Below are positions 54,666 to 64,000 of a stretch of DNA of 64,000 nucleotides, piece after piece. A program made the position numbers and the translations under genes. Numbering within the stretch: position 1 is the stretch's first letter; every line of letters starts with the position of its first letter. Under the pieces are notes generated by a model. It searched no databases, was not told the DNA's origin, and was given only the letters and a program-made list of their open reading frames with translations. The stretch covers positions 256,001 to 320,000 of the forward strand of contig OY970229.1 of the NCBI GenBank assembly GCA_963714085.1, given 5' to 3'. The DNA comes from an uncultured Candidatus Micrarchaeota archaeon (lineage in GTDB: Archaea > Micrarchaeota > Micrarchaeia > Anstonellales > Bilamarchaeaceae).

Positions 54666-57600
54666 TCAGGCCGGCGGCGGATTCTGCGGCGGGGCTGCCG
54701 GAGGCGACTGCCTCGTGTGCCAGGGCTTGCGCGGCGGCCTGCCGGCGGTGAGGAACTCGTATGCCAGGAAAGCCAGGACCATGGCCGCGGATATCAGCAC
54801 CGGCATCCACCAGTAGCTCTCCAGTCCCGGGGACTGAGGCTGGGCCTGGGCAGTGCTTTGCGCGGATTGGCTTGATGGGGGCTGGGCTGACATGTTGAGG
54901 AGTAGCGTAGCGGAGGTGCCTCCGTGGGCCACGTCCACCATGTAATAGCCCTGCAGCTGGAACGACAGCATGGCTTCGCCGTTCGCGTCCGTGGTGACCT
55001 GGGAACTCGTCCCGTTGGGGCCGTATATCTGGAGCGTGGCGTTCGCCAGCGGGAAGCCGCCCACCGTGAGCAGGATCACTCCCTGGCTGCTCGGGCCCTC
55101 GTTGCCTCCGGTTATGTTCGGGACGTCGCACGAGTTGGCCACGCAGAACTGGCCCTGTTTGCAGTCCGTGTCCGCGCAGCATTGGTATTGGTGCCAGACG
55201 TGGTTCTCGGCGTAGCCGCATGAGCTCATCGCCGGCTCGCAGGTCGCGACCGTGGTGTTGCAGTAGTACGTGGACGGGCATTGCGCGTCAGAGGTGCAGT
55301 TGACCTGCGGCGGCGGGGGAATCGGGGTCACCGGCGTTGTGACGTTCGCCGGGGCCGCCGCGGCGCATGTCGTGTACGTGAAGTTGTTGACTCCGGACCT
55401 GTAGCCCTGCTTGGAGGCGTCGATCTCGTAGCTCCCGTTCGCGGCTAGGTGGAACACCGTGGTGTCGTCGCTTCCAGTCGTCTGCGAGTAAAGCGTCCCC
55501 TCGTACGGTTTCGTGAGCACGAGCTTGACGTCGACGCCCGATGTGGACGAGGTCACGGTCACCTCGTCGGACGGGCATGGCGCCATGGAATAGGAGAGCA
55601 GCAGCGATGGCTGGGTGTATTGCACCGACGCGAATCCTCCGCCGCCTCCTCCGCCCCCTCCGTACGAAGGCGGCGGCGACGGTGACGGCGCCGGGGCGGA
55701 TATCGTGAAGCCGTAGTTGGGCGACGAGTTCGTATTGCCGTAGATGTCGGTGCAGGTCACGCGCCAGACGTGCGCTCCGACTGCGGCCGACAGCACCGAC
55801 TGGTCGGGCGTGCCGCTCAGGACCGACCCGTTGTTGTATTCGGGCGCCGCGTCCAGATAGAGCGAGCAGTTCAGCTCAGGAGATGGCGGATCAACAGCCG
55901 TGAAGTTGAAGGTCACGTCGATGGGCGCGCTTGACGAGTAGATGGCTCCGTTCGGGGGGCTCAGCTGCCCTATGTTCGGCAGGAGCGTGCTGGAGTTGAA
56001 GTACCAGGTATCGCTGGCCCCGGTGTTGCCCGCGTTGTCCGTGCACGCGACGTACCAGGTGTGGCTGCCGTCGGCTATGTCGCTGGCCGTGATGGTGGTC
56101 CCGGTGTCGTTCAGCACCGAGGGGTCGGACGTGTTCTGTGCGCCGTCTATGAAGACCGAGCAGTTCATCGTGGTGGCGAGGTTGTCCGTCGCCGTGAAGT
56201 TGAATGCGACTGTCGACGAGTCGAGCAATGACAGGTTTGCCGGCGAGCTCAGGGTCACGGACGGGGGTGTCAGGTCCACGGTGAAGGTCTTCGTGAGGCT
56301 CGAGCCCACGTAGGGTGCGCCATCCACGCATGAGACGTTCCAGTAATGGAGCCCCTCGCCCAGGCCGGAGTAGCCCAGCGTGGTGAGGGTGTCGTTCGAT
56401 GCCGTGGTCGAGTTGACCACCGACCCGTCGATGCTGAGGTTGCAAGAGGCGCTAGCGAAGAACTGGTCCGTCTCGTTGAAGGTGAAGCCCAGTGCCGCGG
56501 AGGAGGTGTTGATGCCCATGGGCGGGGAAACCAGGATCACGGTCGGGCCCACCGTGGCGACCGCGAAGCCCCATGGCGGGCTTGTGCCGGTATTATTGGC
56601 GGCGTCCGTGCAGGAGACGCTCCAGGTGTGGGGGCCGCCGACCAGGCCGGAGTCGCCCATGTCAGCCGGTACGCTGTTCGTAGCGGTGGTCGAGTTGACC
56701 TGGTAGCCGTCCATGGTGAGGTTGCATGAGGCCGTCGGGTAGACCGGGTCCGTCTCGTTGAAGCTGAAGTCCAATGACGTCGCGGTGGTGATGTTGTTGT
56801 TGGCCGGGGAGTTGAGGACGACCGTGGGCGCTGTGGTGACGATCGTGAAGTTCCAGGCCGCGCTCGGGCCGGTGTTGCCCGCGTTGTCCGTGCACGCGAC
56901 GTACCAGGTGTGGTTGCCGTCGGTGATGTTGCTGATCGTGAAGAGCGTCGGGGTGCTGTTCAGCACCGAGGGGTTGGTGCTGTTCTGGACGTTGTCGAGG
57001 TATATGGAGCAGTTCGTCGCATTGGCCAGGTTGTCCGTCGCGGTGAAGTTGAAGCTGACCGTGGCTGAGTTGAGCAATGAGAGGTTGTACGGGGAATTGA
57101 GGGCGACGCCCGGTGCCGTGGTGTCCACCGTGAAGCTCCTGGCCGCGCTCGTGTTCGTATTATTGGCCGGATCCATGCAGGTGACGTTCCAGTAGTGGAT
57201 CCCCTGGCCGAGAGGCGAGTCGCCCATCGAGGTCAGGCTGCTGTTCGCCGCCGTGGTGGAGTTGGCCACCGAGCCGTCCACCGTGAGGTTGCATGAGGCG
57301 TTCGTGTAGAAGTGGTCGGTCACGTTGAACGTGAAGCTCAATGCCGTCGAGGACGTGTTGAGGCCGCTTATCGGCGAGACGAGGACCACCGACGGGAGCG
57401 TGGATACGAGCGTGAAGTTCCATACCTGGCTCGTTCCAATGTTGCCCGCGCTGTCCGTGCACACCACGTACCAGGCGTGGCTCGCGTCGGTTATGTTGCT
57501 GATCGTGAAGAGCGTCGGAGTGCTGTTCAGCACCGAGGCGTTGGTCCTGTTCAGGTGGTTGTCTAGGTATATGGAGCAGTTCGTCGTGGAAGCCAGGTTG

Positions 57601-60600
57601 TCCGTCGCCGTGAAGTTGAATGCGACCGTGGTCGAGGTGGATATGGACTGGTTGGCCGGGGAGCTGAGGGTGACGTTCGGCGGCTCTGTGTCCACCGTGA
57701 AGCTCCTGGTCGCGCTCGTGCCCGTATGATTGGCCGCGTCTATGCAGGAGACGTTCCAGCTGTAGGCCCCCTCGCCCAGGCCGGAGTAGCCCAATGTGGT
57801 GAGGGTGTTGTTCAATGCCGTGGTCGAGTTGACCGGTATGCCGTTTATTGTGAGGTTGCATACTGCGCTTGCGAAGACGTCGGTCTCGTTGAAGGCGAAG
57901 TTCAGCGCCGTCGCCGAGGTGTTGAGGCCCATGACGGGCGAGCTCGGGACCACCAGCGGCGGGGTGGTCGCCACGGTGAAGCTGTTCGTCGCGCTCGTGT
58001 TCGTGTTATTGGCCGCGTTCGTGCAGGTGACGTTCCAGTAATGGACCGCCTGGCCCAGGCCGGAGTAGCCCAGCGTGATGAGGCTGCCGTTGGTCGCGGT
58101 CGTGGAGTTGCGGACCGTGCCGTCTATAGTGAGGTTGCATGACGCGTTCGGGTAGACCGGGTCGGTCTCGTTGAATGTGAAGTTGAGCGCCGTCACGGAC
58201 GTGATGTTGTTGTTGGCCGGGGAGACCAGGGTGACCGTGGGCGCGGCGGTGTCGACCGTGAGGTTCCTTGCCACGCTCGTGCCGTTGTTGCCCGCGTTGT
58301 CCGTGCACACCACGTACCAGGTGTGGCTGCCGTCGTCTATGCTGCCTATCGTGAAGAGCGTCGGGGTATTGTTGGCGGTCAGGAAGTTGGTCTGGCCGAG
58401 GCTCCCGTCTATGTAGATGGAGCAGCTCATCCTTAAGGCCATGTTGTCCACAGCGGTGAAGTTGAAGACCACGGTGGCTGAATTGAAGACCGAGAGGTTG
58501 GCCGGGGAGTTGGGGGTGACGTTCGGCGGTGTCAGGTCCACGGTGAAGGTCCTGGTGAGGCTCTTGCCTACGAAGCTGACCGGGTTCACGCAGGAGACGT
58601 TCCAGCTGTGGGCCCCCTGGCTCAGGGGCGAATAGCCCATCGTGGTCAGGCTGCCGTTGGTCGCGGTCGTGGAGTTGCGGACCGTGCCGTCTATGCTGAG
58701 GTTGCACGTCTCGGTCGGGAAGACGTCGGTCTCGATGAAGACGAAGGGCAGCGACGTCGAGGACGTGTTGAGGCCCGTGGGCGGGGAGGAGAGGATCACC
58801 GTCGCGGCGGTGGTCCCGACTATGAAGCTCCTGGGACCGCTCGTTCCGGTGTTGTTCGCGCCGTTGGTGCAGGACACGCTCCAGGTGTGGGGGCCGCTCA
58901 GGAGGCCGGAATAGCTCATCGTGGTCAGGGTGTTGTTCGAAGCCGTGGTGGAGTTCCTGGACGTGCCGTCTATGCGGAGATTGCACGACGCGTTCGGGAA
59001 CACGTCGGTCTCGATGAAGCTGAAGCTTATCGCGGTCGCCGAGGTGTTGAGCCCGTCGGCCGGGGACTGGGGCGCCACGCTCGGGCCGCTGGTGACCACC
59101 GTGAACGTCCTGGTCTCGCTCGTGCCGTTGTTGCCCGCGTTGTCCGTGCACGCGACGTACCAGGTGTGGCTGCCGTCGCCTATGCCGTTTGCCGAGAGTA
59201 TGGTCTGCGTGTTATTGGCCGTGGGCGCGTACTGGCTGAAGGCGTTGTCGATGTAGAGCGAGCAGTTCATGGCGCTGGCCAGGTTGTCGGTCGCATTGAA
59301 GTAGAAGGATACCGCGGAGGAGTTGAACAGCGACTGGTTGGCCGGGGAGGTCAGGTTCACCGTCGGGGGGGCCGTGTCCACCGTGAAGCTCCTGGTCGCG
59401 CTCGTGTTAGCGTTGTTCGCGCCGTTCACGCAGGTGACGTTCCAGTAGTGGATCCCCTGGCCGAGAGGCGAGTCGCCCATCGAGGTCAGGCTGCTGTTCG
59501 TGGCAGTGGTGGAGTTGGCCACCGAGCCGTCCACGGTGAGGTTGCATGAGGCGTTCGTGTAGAAGTGGTCGGTCATGTTGAACGTGAAGCTCAATGCCGT
59601 CGAGGATGTGTTTAGGCCGCTTATCGGCGAGACGAGGACCACTGCTGGGAACGTGGATACGAGCGTGAAGTTCCAGGTCGCGCTGGTGGCGGTGTTGTTG
59701 GCCGCGTTCCTGCAGGTGACGCTCCAGTTGTGGTTCCCGTCGCCTATGCCGGAGTAGCCCATGGTGGTGGGCGTGTTGTTCGTCGCGGTGGTGGAGTTGC
59801 GGACCGTGCCGTCTATGCTGAGGTTGCAGGACGCGTTCGCGAAGACCGGGTCGGTCTCGTTGAACGTGAAGTTCAATGAAGTCGAGGACGTGGTGAAGCC
59901 GCTGATCGGGGAGCTCAGGTTGACGGTCGGGGCGGTGGTGACGACGCTGAATGTCCGGTTCTCGCTCGTGTTCGTATTGTTCGCGTTGTCCGTGCACGCG
60001 ACGTACCAGGTATAGGTCCCGTCGGCTATGCTGATTATCGTGAAGGAGGCCGGCGTGTTGTTGATCGCGGAGCTGGTCCTGTTCAGGACGTTGTCGATGT
60101 ATATGGAGCAGCTCATCACAGGGGCGAGGTTGTCCTGGGCCGTGAAGTTGAAGGCTAGCGTGGTCATGTTATACAGCGACTGGTTGGCCGGGGTGGCCAG
60201 GTTCACCGTCGGGGCGGTCGTGTCCACCGTGAAGCTCCTGGTGGCGCTCGTGTTCGCGTTGTTGATGCCGTCCGCGCAGGATACGCTCCAGGTGTGGAGC
60301 CCCTGCGCCAGGGGCGAGTCGCCCAGCGTGGCCGGGGTGCTGTTCGTCGCGGTGGTGGAGTTGACCACCGAGCCGTCGACGCTCAGGTTGCATGCTGCGC
60401 CCGGGTAGATCGGGTCGGTCTCGGTGAAGTTGAAGTTCAACGCGGTCGATGAGGTGTTGAGGCCCGGGATCGGCGAGTTCAGGACCACCGTGGGCGCGGT
60501 GGTTATCACGGTGAAGTTCCAGGTCGCGCTCGCGTTCGCGTTGTTGGCCGCATCCCTGCAGGTGACGTTCCAGTGGTGGGTCCCGTCGGAGAGGCCGGAG

Positions 60601-63600
60601 TAGCCCAGCGTGGTCGGGGTGTTGTTCGTCGCGGTCGTGGAGTTGCGGATCGTGCCGTCTATGCTGAGGTTGCATGACGCGTTCGGGTAGACCGGGTCGG
60701 TCTCGTTGAAGGTGAAACCCAGCGAATTCGAGGAGGTGTTGATGCCGCTCGTCGGGGAGTCGAGGACGACCGTGGGCGCGGTCGTGACCACGCTGAAGTT
60801 CCCGGTCGCGCTCACATTGCTGTTGTTGGCGTTGTCCGTGCAGTTGACGTACCAGGTGTGGCTCCCGTCGGTTATGCCGCTGACGTTGAAGACGGTGGCT
60901 GTGTTGTTGCTCACCGAGGAGTTGGTCCGGTTCGGGGCGCTGTCCAGGAAGAGCGAGCAGCTCATCTTCTGGGCCAGGTTGTCCTGAGCCGTGAAGTTGA
61001 ATGCGACCGTGGACGAGTTGACCGGGGCCAGGTTCGCCGGCGAGTTGAGGCTCACGGACGGCGGGGTCGTGTCGAGCGTGAAGCTCCTGGTCGCGCTCGT
61101 GTTCGCGTTGTTGCTGGAGTCCACGCAGGATATGTTCCAGTAGTGGAGCCCGTCGGGCAGGCCGGAGTAGCTCACGGTCGCCAGGGTGTCGTTCAATGCG
61201 GCCGTGGAGGCGCGGAATGAGCCATCCACCGTGAGGTTGCACGAGGCGGTCGGGTAGACGGTGTCGGTCTCGATGAAACTGAAGTTCAATGTCGCAGCGG
61301 AGATATTGATGCCGTTGGCCGGGGAGACGAGGGATATCATCGGGGCTATGGTGGTGACTGTGAAGAGCCAGGTCACGCTCGCGTTGGTGTTATTGGCGCC
61401 ATCCGTGCAGGAGACGCTCCAGTTGTGGGCCCCGTCGGCCAGGCCGGAGTAGCCCAGGCCCGTGAGGGTGTTGTTAGCCGCGATCGTGGAGTTGCGTACG
61501 GCGCCGTCGACGCTGAGGCTGCACGATGCGTTCGTGAAGACCGGGTCGGTCTCGTTGAAGGTGAAGTTGATGGACTTGGCCGTGGTGATGTTGCCGCTGG
61601 CCGGCGAGCTGAGCGTCACGGTCGGCGCGGTCGTGACCACGGTGAAGCTCCTGTTGCCGCTCGTGCCGTTGTTGCCCGCGTTGTCCGTGCACGAGACGTA
61701 CCAGGTGTGGCTGCCGTCGGTTATGTTGCTGACCGTGAAGAGCGTCGCCGTGTGGTTGGACACCGATGCGTTGGTCGCGTTCGAATCGCCGTCCAGGTAG
61801 AGCGAGCAGCCCATCTTGGAGGCGAGGTTGTCCGTCGCGGTGAAGTTGAATGTGATCGTGGATTTGTTATACAGCGACTGGTCTGCCGGCGAGCTCGGGC
61901 TCACGGTCGGCTCTGTCACGTCCACCGTGAAGCTCCTGGGCGCGCTCGTGCCGGTGTGGTTGGCCGCGTTGGTGCAGGAGACGTTCCAGCTGTGGGCCCC
62001 TTCGGCTGCGGTGTAGCCCAGGGTCGTCGCGGTGCTGTTGTTGGCGGTGGTGGAGTTGACCGCCGAGCCGTCGATACTCAGGTTGCATGCAGCGGTCGCG
62101 AAGAGGCTGTCCGTCTCGTTGAAGGTGAAGTTCAATGACGTCGATGAGGTGTTGAGGCCGTTTATCGGGGAGACGAGGGACACCGACGGGACCGAGGTGG
62201 CCGCGGTGAAGATCCTGGTCTCGCTCGTATTCGCGTTGCCCGCGTTGTCCGTGCACGAGACGTACCAGGTGTGGTTGCCGTCGCTCATGTTGCTGACCGT
62301 GAAGAGCGTCGCTGTGTTGTTCAGCACCGAGACGTTGGTCCTGTTCAGGACGTTGTCGAGGTACAAGGAGCAGTTCATCGTGGAAGCCAGGTTATCTATC
62401 GCGGTGAAGTTGAATGCGACCGTGGACGAGGTGTATATGGACTGGTTGGCCGGGGAGTTGAGGGTCACGTTCGGCGGCTCTGTGTCCACCATGAAGCCCC
62501 TGGGCGCGCTTATGGCGGTATCATTGGCCGCGTTCGTGCAGGTGACGCTCCAGTTGTGGGCCCCTTCGGCTGCGGTGTAGCCCAGGGTCGTCGCGGTGCT
62601 GTTGTTGGCGGTGGTGGAGTTGACCGCCGAGCCGTCTACGCTCAGGTTGCATGCAGCGGTCGCGAAGACCGGGTCGGTCTCGTTGAAGACGAAGTTCAAC
62701 GCTGTCGAGGAGGTGTTGAGGCCCGAAACAGGCGAAATGAGGTACACGGTCGGGGCGGCCGGGGCAGACGTGAAGCTCCAGGTCGCGCTCGTGGCGGTGT
62801 TGTTCGCCGCGTTCGTGCAGGTGACGTTCCAGTTGTGGGTCCCCTGGGATATGCCGGAGACGCCCAGCGTGGCCGGGGTGTCGTTGGTCGCGGTCGTGGA
62901 GTTGCGGATCGTGCCGTCTATGGTGAGGTTGCATGGCACGGTCGCGTAGACCGGGTCGGTCTCGTTGAACGTGAAGCTCAATGACGTCGCGTTGGTTATG
63001 AAGCCGCTGATCGGCGAGGCGAGGTACACGGTCGGGGACGTGGAGACGACGCTGAAGCTCCTGGTCTCGCTCGTGCCGGTGTTGTTCGCGTTGTCGGTGC
63101 ACGCTACGTACCACGTGTGGTCCCCGTCGTCTATGCTGCCGGTCGTCAGGACGGTCGCGGTGTTGTTGTTCGTCGCTGGATGGACCAGGGCCAGGGCGTC
63201 GTCGATGAAGATGGAGCAGCTCATTTTCGAGGCCAGGTTGTCCTGAGCCGTGAAGTTGAAGGAGACCGTGGACGAACCGAGCTGGGACTGGTTGGACGGG
63301 GAGTTGAGGGCGATTGTCGGCGGGGTGGTGTCGACCGTGAAGTTCCTTGTCGTGCTGTTGCCCGGGTGGTTGGCCGCATTTGTGCATGAGACGTTCCACC
63401 TGTGGGCACCCTGGCTCGTGACGTTATAGCCCAGGGTCGTCAGGCTGCTGTTCGTGGCAGTGGTGGAGTTGACCACCGAGCCGTCCACCGTGAGGTTGCA
63501 TGACGCGTTCGTGAAGGCCGGGTCGGTCTCGTTGAAGGTGAAGTTCAGCGCGGTCGCCGAGGTGTTGAGGCCGTTTATCGGGGAGACCAGGGACACTGTC

Positions 63601-64000
63601 GGGCCCGTGGTGCTGACGATGAAGCTCCACGTCTCGCTTATGCCCGTATTGTTGACCGCATTGGTGCAGGAGACGTTCCAATAGTGGATTCCAGCGCCCA
63701 GGCCGGAGTAGCCCAGCGTGGTGAGGCTGCCGTTGGTCGCGGTCGTGGAGTTGCGGACCGTGCCGTCGATGGTAAGGTCGCATGAGACGCTCGGGTAGAC
63801 CGGGTCGGTCTCGTTGAAGATGAAGTTCAGCGAGGTAGCCGAGGTGATGTTGCCGCTGGCCGGGGATATCAGGGTCACTGTCGGTGATGTGATGATGACG
63901 CTCAAATCCCTGGTTTCGCTCGTGTCCGTGTTGTTCGCGTTGTCGGTGCATTGGACGTACCAGGTGTGGTCCCCGTCGGCTATGCCGCTGATTGTGAAGG
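54666..64000 (-). CDS. Giant repetitive cell-surface glycoprotein (5' end outside window)
   Basis: Over 3,100 codons of ~95-aa Ig-like repeats (P.V.L.SP..F.F..TD...C.L.IDG...HxWxVxCxD), then Pro/Gly linker, Cys-rich region, C-terminal TM and short tail. Confidence 0.9.
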   Translation of the reverse strand, partial: FTISGIADGDHTWYVQCTDNANNTDTSETRDLSVIITSPTVTLISPASGNITSATSLNFIFNETDPVYPSVSCDLTIDGTVRNSTTATNGSLTTLGYSGLGAGIHYWNVSCTNAVNNTGISETWSFIVSTTGPTVSLVSPINGLNTSATALNFTFNETDPAFTNASCNLTVDGSVVNSTTATNSSLTTLGYNVTSQGAHRWNVSCTNAANHPGNSTTRNFTVDTTPPTIALNSPSNQSQLGSSTVSFNFTAQDNLASKMSCSIFIDDALALVHPATNNNTATVLTTGSIDDGDHTWYVACTDNANNTGTSETRSFSVVSTSPTVYLASPISGFITNATSLSFTFNETDPVYATVPCNLTIDGTIRNSTTATNDTPATLGVSGISQGTHNWNVTCTNAANNTATSATWSFTSAPAAPTVYLISPVSGLNTSSTALNFVFNETDPVFATAACNLSVDGSAVNSTTANNSTATTLGYTAAEGAHNWSVTCTNAANDTAISAPRGFMVDTEPPNVTLNSPANQSIYTSSTVAFNFTAIDNLASTMNCSLYLDNVLNRTNVSVLNNTATLFTVSNMSDGNHTWYVSCTDNAGNANTSETRIFTAATSVPSVSLVSPINGLNTSSTSLNFTFNETDSLFATAACNLSIDGSAVNSTTANNSTATTLGYTAAEGAHSWNVSCTNAANHTGTSAPRSFTVDVTEPTVSPSSPADQSLYNKSTITFNFTATDNLASKMGCSLYLDGDSNATNASVSNHTATLFTVSNITDGSHTWYVSCTDNAGNNGTSGNRSFTVVTTAPTVTLSSPASGNITTAKSINFTFNETDPVFTNASCSLSVDGAVRNSTIAANNTLTGLGYSGLADGAHNWSVSCTDGANNTNASVTWLFTVTTIAPMISLVSPANGINISAATLNFSFIETDTVYPTASCNLTVDGSFRASTAALNDTLATVSYSGLPDGLHYWNISCVDSSNNANTSATRSFTLDTTPPSVSLNSPANLAPVNSSTVAFNFTAQDNLAQKMSCSLFLDSAPNRTNSSVSNNTATVFNVSGITDGSHTWYVNCTDNANNSNVSATGNFSVVTTAPTVVLDSPTSGINTSSNSLGFTFNETDPVYPNASCNLSIDGTIRNSTTATNNTPTTLGYSGLSDGTHHWNVTCRDAANNANASATWNFTVITTAPTVVLNSPIPGLNTSSTALNFNFTETDPIYPGAACNLSVDGSVVNSTTATNSTPATLGDSPLAQGLHTWSVSCADGINNANTSATRSFTVDTTAPTVNLATPANQSLYNMTTLAFNFTAQDNLAPVMSCSIYIDNVLNRTSSAINNTPASFTIISIADGTYTWYVACTDNANNTNTSENRTFSVVTTAPTVNLSSPISGFTTSSTSLNFTFNETDPVFANASCNLSIDGTVRNSTTATNNTPTTMGYSGIGDGNHNWSVTCRNAANNTATSATWNFTLVSTFPAVVLVSPISGLNTSSTALSFTFNMTDHFYTNASCNLTVDGSVANSTTATNSSLTSMGDSPLGQGIHYWNVTCVNGANNANTSATRSFTVDTAPPTVNLTSPANQSLFNSSAVSFYFNATDNLASAMNCSLYIDNAFSQYAPTANNTQTILSANGIGDGSHTWYVACTDNAGNNGTSETRTFTVVTSGPSVAPQSPADGLNTSATAISFSFIETDVFPNASCNLRIDGTSRNSTTASNNTLTTMSYSGLLSGPHTWSVSCTNGANNTGTSGPRSFIVGTTAATVILSSPPTGLNTSSTSLPFVFIETDVFPTETCNLSIDGTVRNSTTATNGSLTTMGYSPLSQGAHSWNVSCVNPVSFVGKSLTRTFTVDLTPPNVTPNSPANLSVFNSATVVFNFTAVDNMALRMSCSIYIDGSLGQTNFLTANNTPTLFTIGSIDDGSHTWYVVCTDNAGNNGTSVARNLTVDTAAPTVTLVSPANNNITSVTALNFTFNETDPVYPNASCNLTIDGTVRNSTTATNGSLITLGYSGLGQAVHYWNVTCTNAANNTNTSATNSFTVATTPPLVVPSSPVMGLNTSATALNFAFNETDVFASAVCNLTINGIPVNSTTALNNTLTTLGYSGLGEGAYSWNVSCIDAANHTGTSATRSFTVDTEPPNVTLSSPANQSISTSTTVAFNFTATDNLASTTNCSIYLDNHLNRTNASVLNSTPTLFTISNITDASHAWYVVCTDSAGNIGTSQVWNFTLVSTLPSVVLVSPISGLNTSSTALSFTFNVTDHFYTNASCNLTVDGSVANSTTAANSSLTSMGDSPLGQGIHYWNVTCMDPANNTNTSAARSFTVDTTAPGVALNSPYNLSLLNSATVSFNFTATDNLANATNCSIYLDNVQNSTNPSVLNSTPTLFTISNITDGNHTWYVACTDNAGNTGPSAAWNFTIVTTAPTVVLNSPANNNITTATSLDFSFNETDPVYPTASCNLTMDGYQVNSTTATNSVPADMGDSGLVGGPHTWSVSCTDAANNTGTSPPWGFAVATVGPTVILVSPPMGINTSSAALGFTFNETDQFFASASCNLSIDGSVVNSTTASNDTLTTLGYSGLGEGLHYWNVSCVDGAPYVGSSLTKTFTVDLTPPSVTLSSPANLSLLDSSTVAFNFTATDNLATTMNCSVFIDGAQNTSDPSVLNDTGTTITASDIADGSHTWYVACTDNAGNTGASDTWYFNSSTLLPNIGQLSPPNGAIYSSSAPIDVTFNFTAVDPPSPELNCSLYLDAAPEYNNGSVLSGTPDQSVLSAAVGAHVWRVTCTDIYGNTNSSPNYGFTISAPAPSPSPPPSYGGGGGGGGGFASVQYTQPSLLLSYSMAPCPSDEVTVTSSTSGVDVKLVLTKPYEGTLYSQTTGSDDTTVFHLAANGSYEIDASKQGYRSGVNNFTYTTCAAAAPANVTTPVTPIPPPPQVNCTSDAQCPSTYYCNTTVATCEPAMSSCGYAENHVWHQYQCCADTDCKQGQFCVANSCDVPNITGGNEGPSSQGVILLTVGGFPLANATLQIYGPNGTSSQVTTDANGEAMLSFQLQGYYMVDVAHGGTSATLLLNMSAQPPSSQSAQSTAQAQPQSPGLESYWWMPVLISAAMVLAFLAYEFLTAGRPPRKPWHTRQSPPAAPPQNPPPA

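Noticed and set aside
54666..64000. Repeats as a CRISPR array or non-coding tandem repeat
   Set aside because: They are in-frame coding repeats of ~285 bp with no repeat-spacer structure; no cas genes in the window.

Overview
Archaeal chromosomal window. It has the rps13-rps4-rps11-rpoD block, aEF-1beta, GGTGA/GGTGG Shine-Dalgarno motifs and a GC-rich backbone; this and a form II/III RuBisCO suggest a DPANN archaeon such as Micrarchaeota (inference). The left part holds a MoxR-type AAA / ankyrin / metallopeptidase-VWA operon, an IS200/IS605 tnpB element, sufC-sufS-sufU, transporters, a nucleoside-deoxyribosyltransferase-like/thymidylate-synthase fusion with a SAM methyltransferase, a 2H/metallophosphoesterase fusion and RuBisCO. 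The centre holds two related elements in tandem at the 3' end of tRNA-Leu(GAG), delimited by three copies of TGCAGGGGACGA (26937, 28599, 48582). One is a 1.66-kb integrase-less mini-element. The other is a 20-kb element encoding a tyrosine integrase, AT-rich cargo whose spacers are enriched in TCTGA/TCAGA, Orc1/Cdc6 coupled to a small histone-fold protein, a minimal T4SS-like module (VirB4 fused to a PD-(D/E)xK-like domain, PrgI, VirB6-like, two pilins, no recognisable relaxase or VirD4) and a Dcm-like RM/Vsr module. The right part holds ribosomal genes, an ATPase gene flanked by 49-bp direct repeats and a >3,100-aa repetitive surface glycoprotein running off the window. All family calls come from motif recognition by eye, not database searches.
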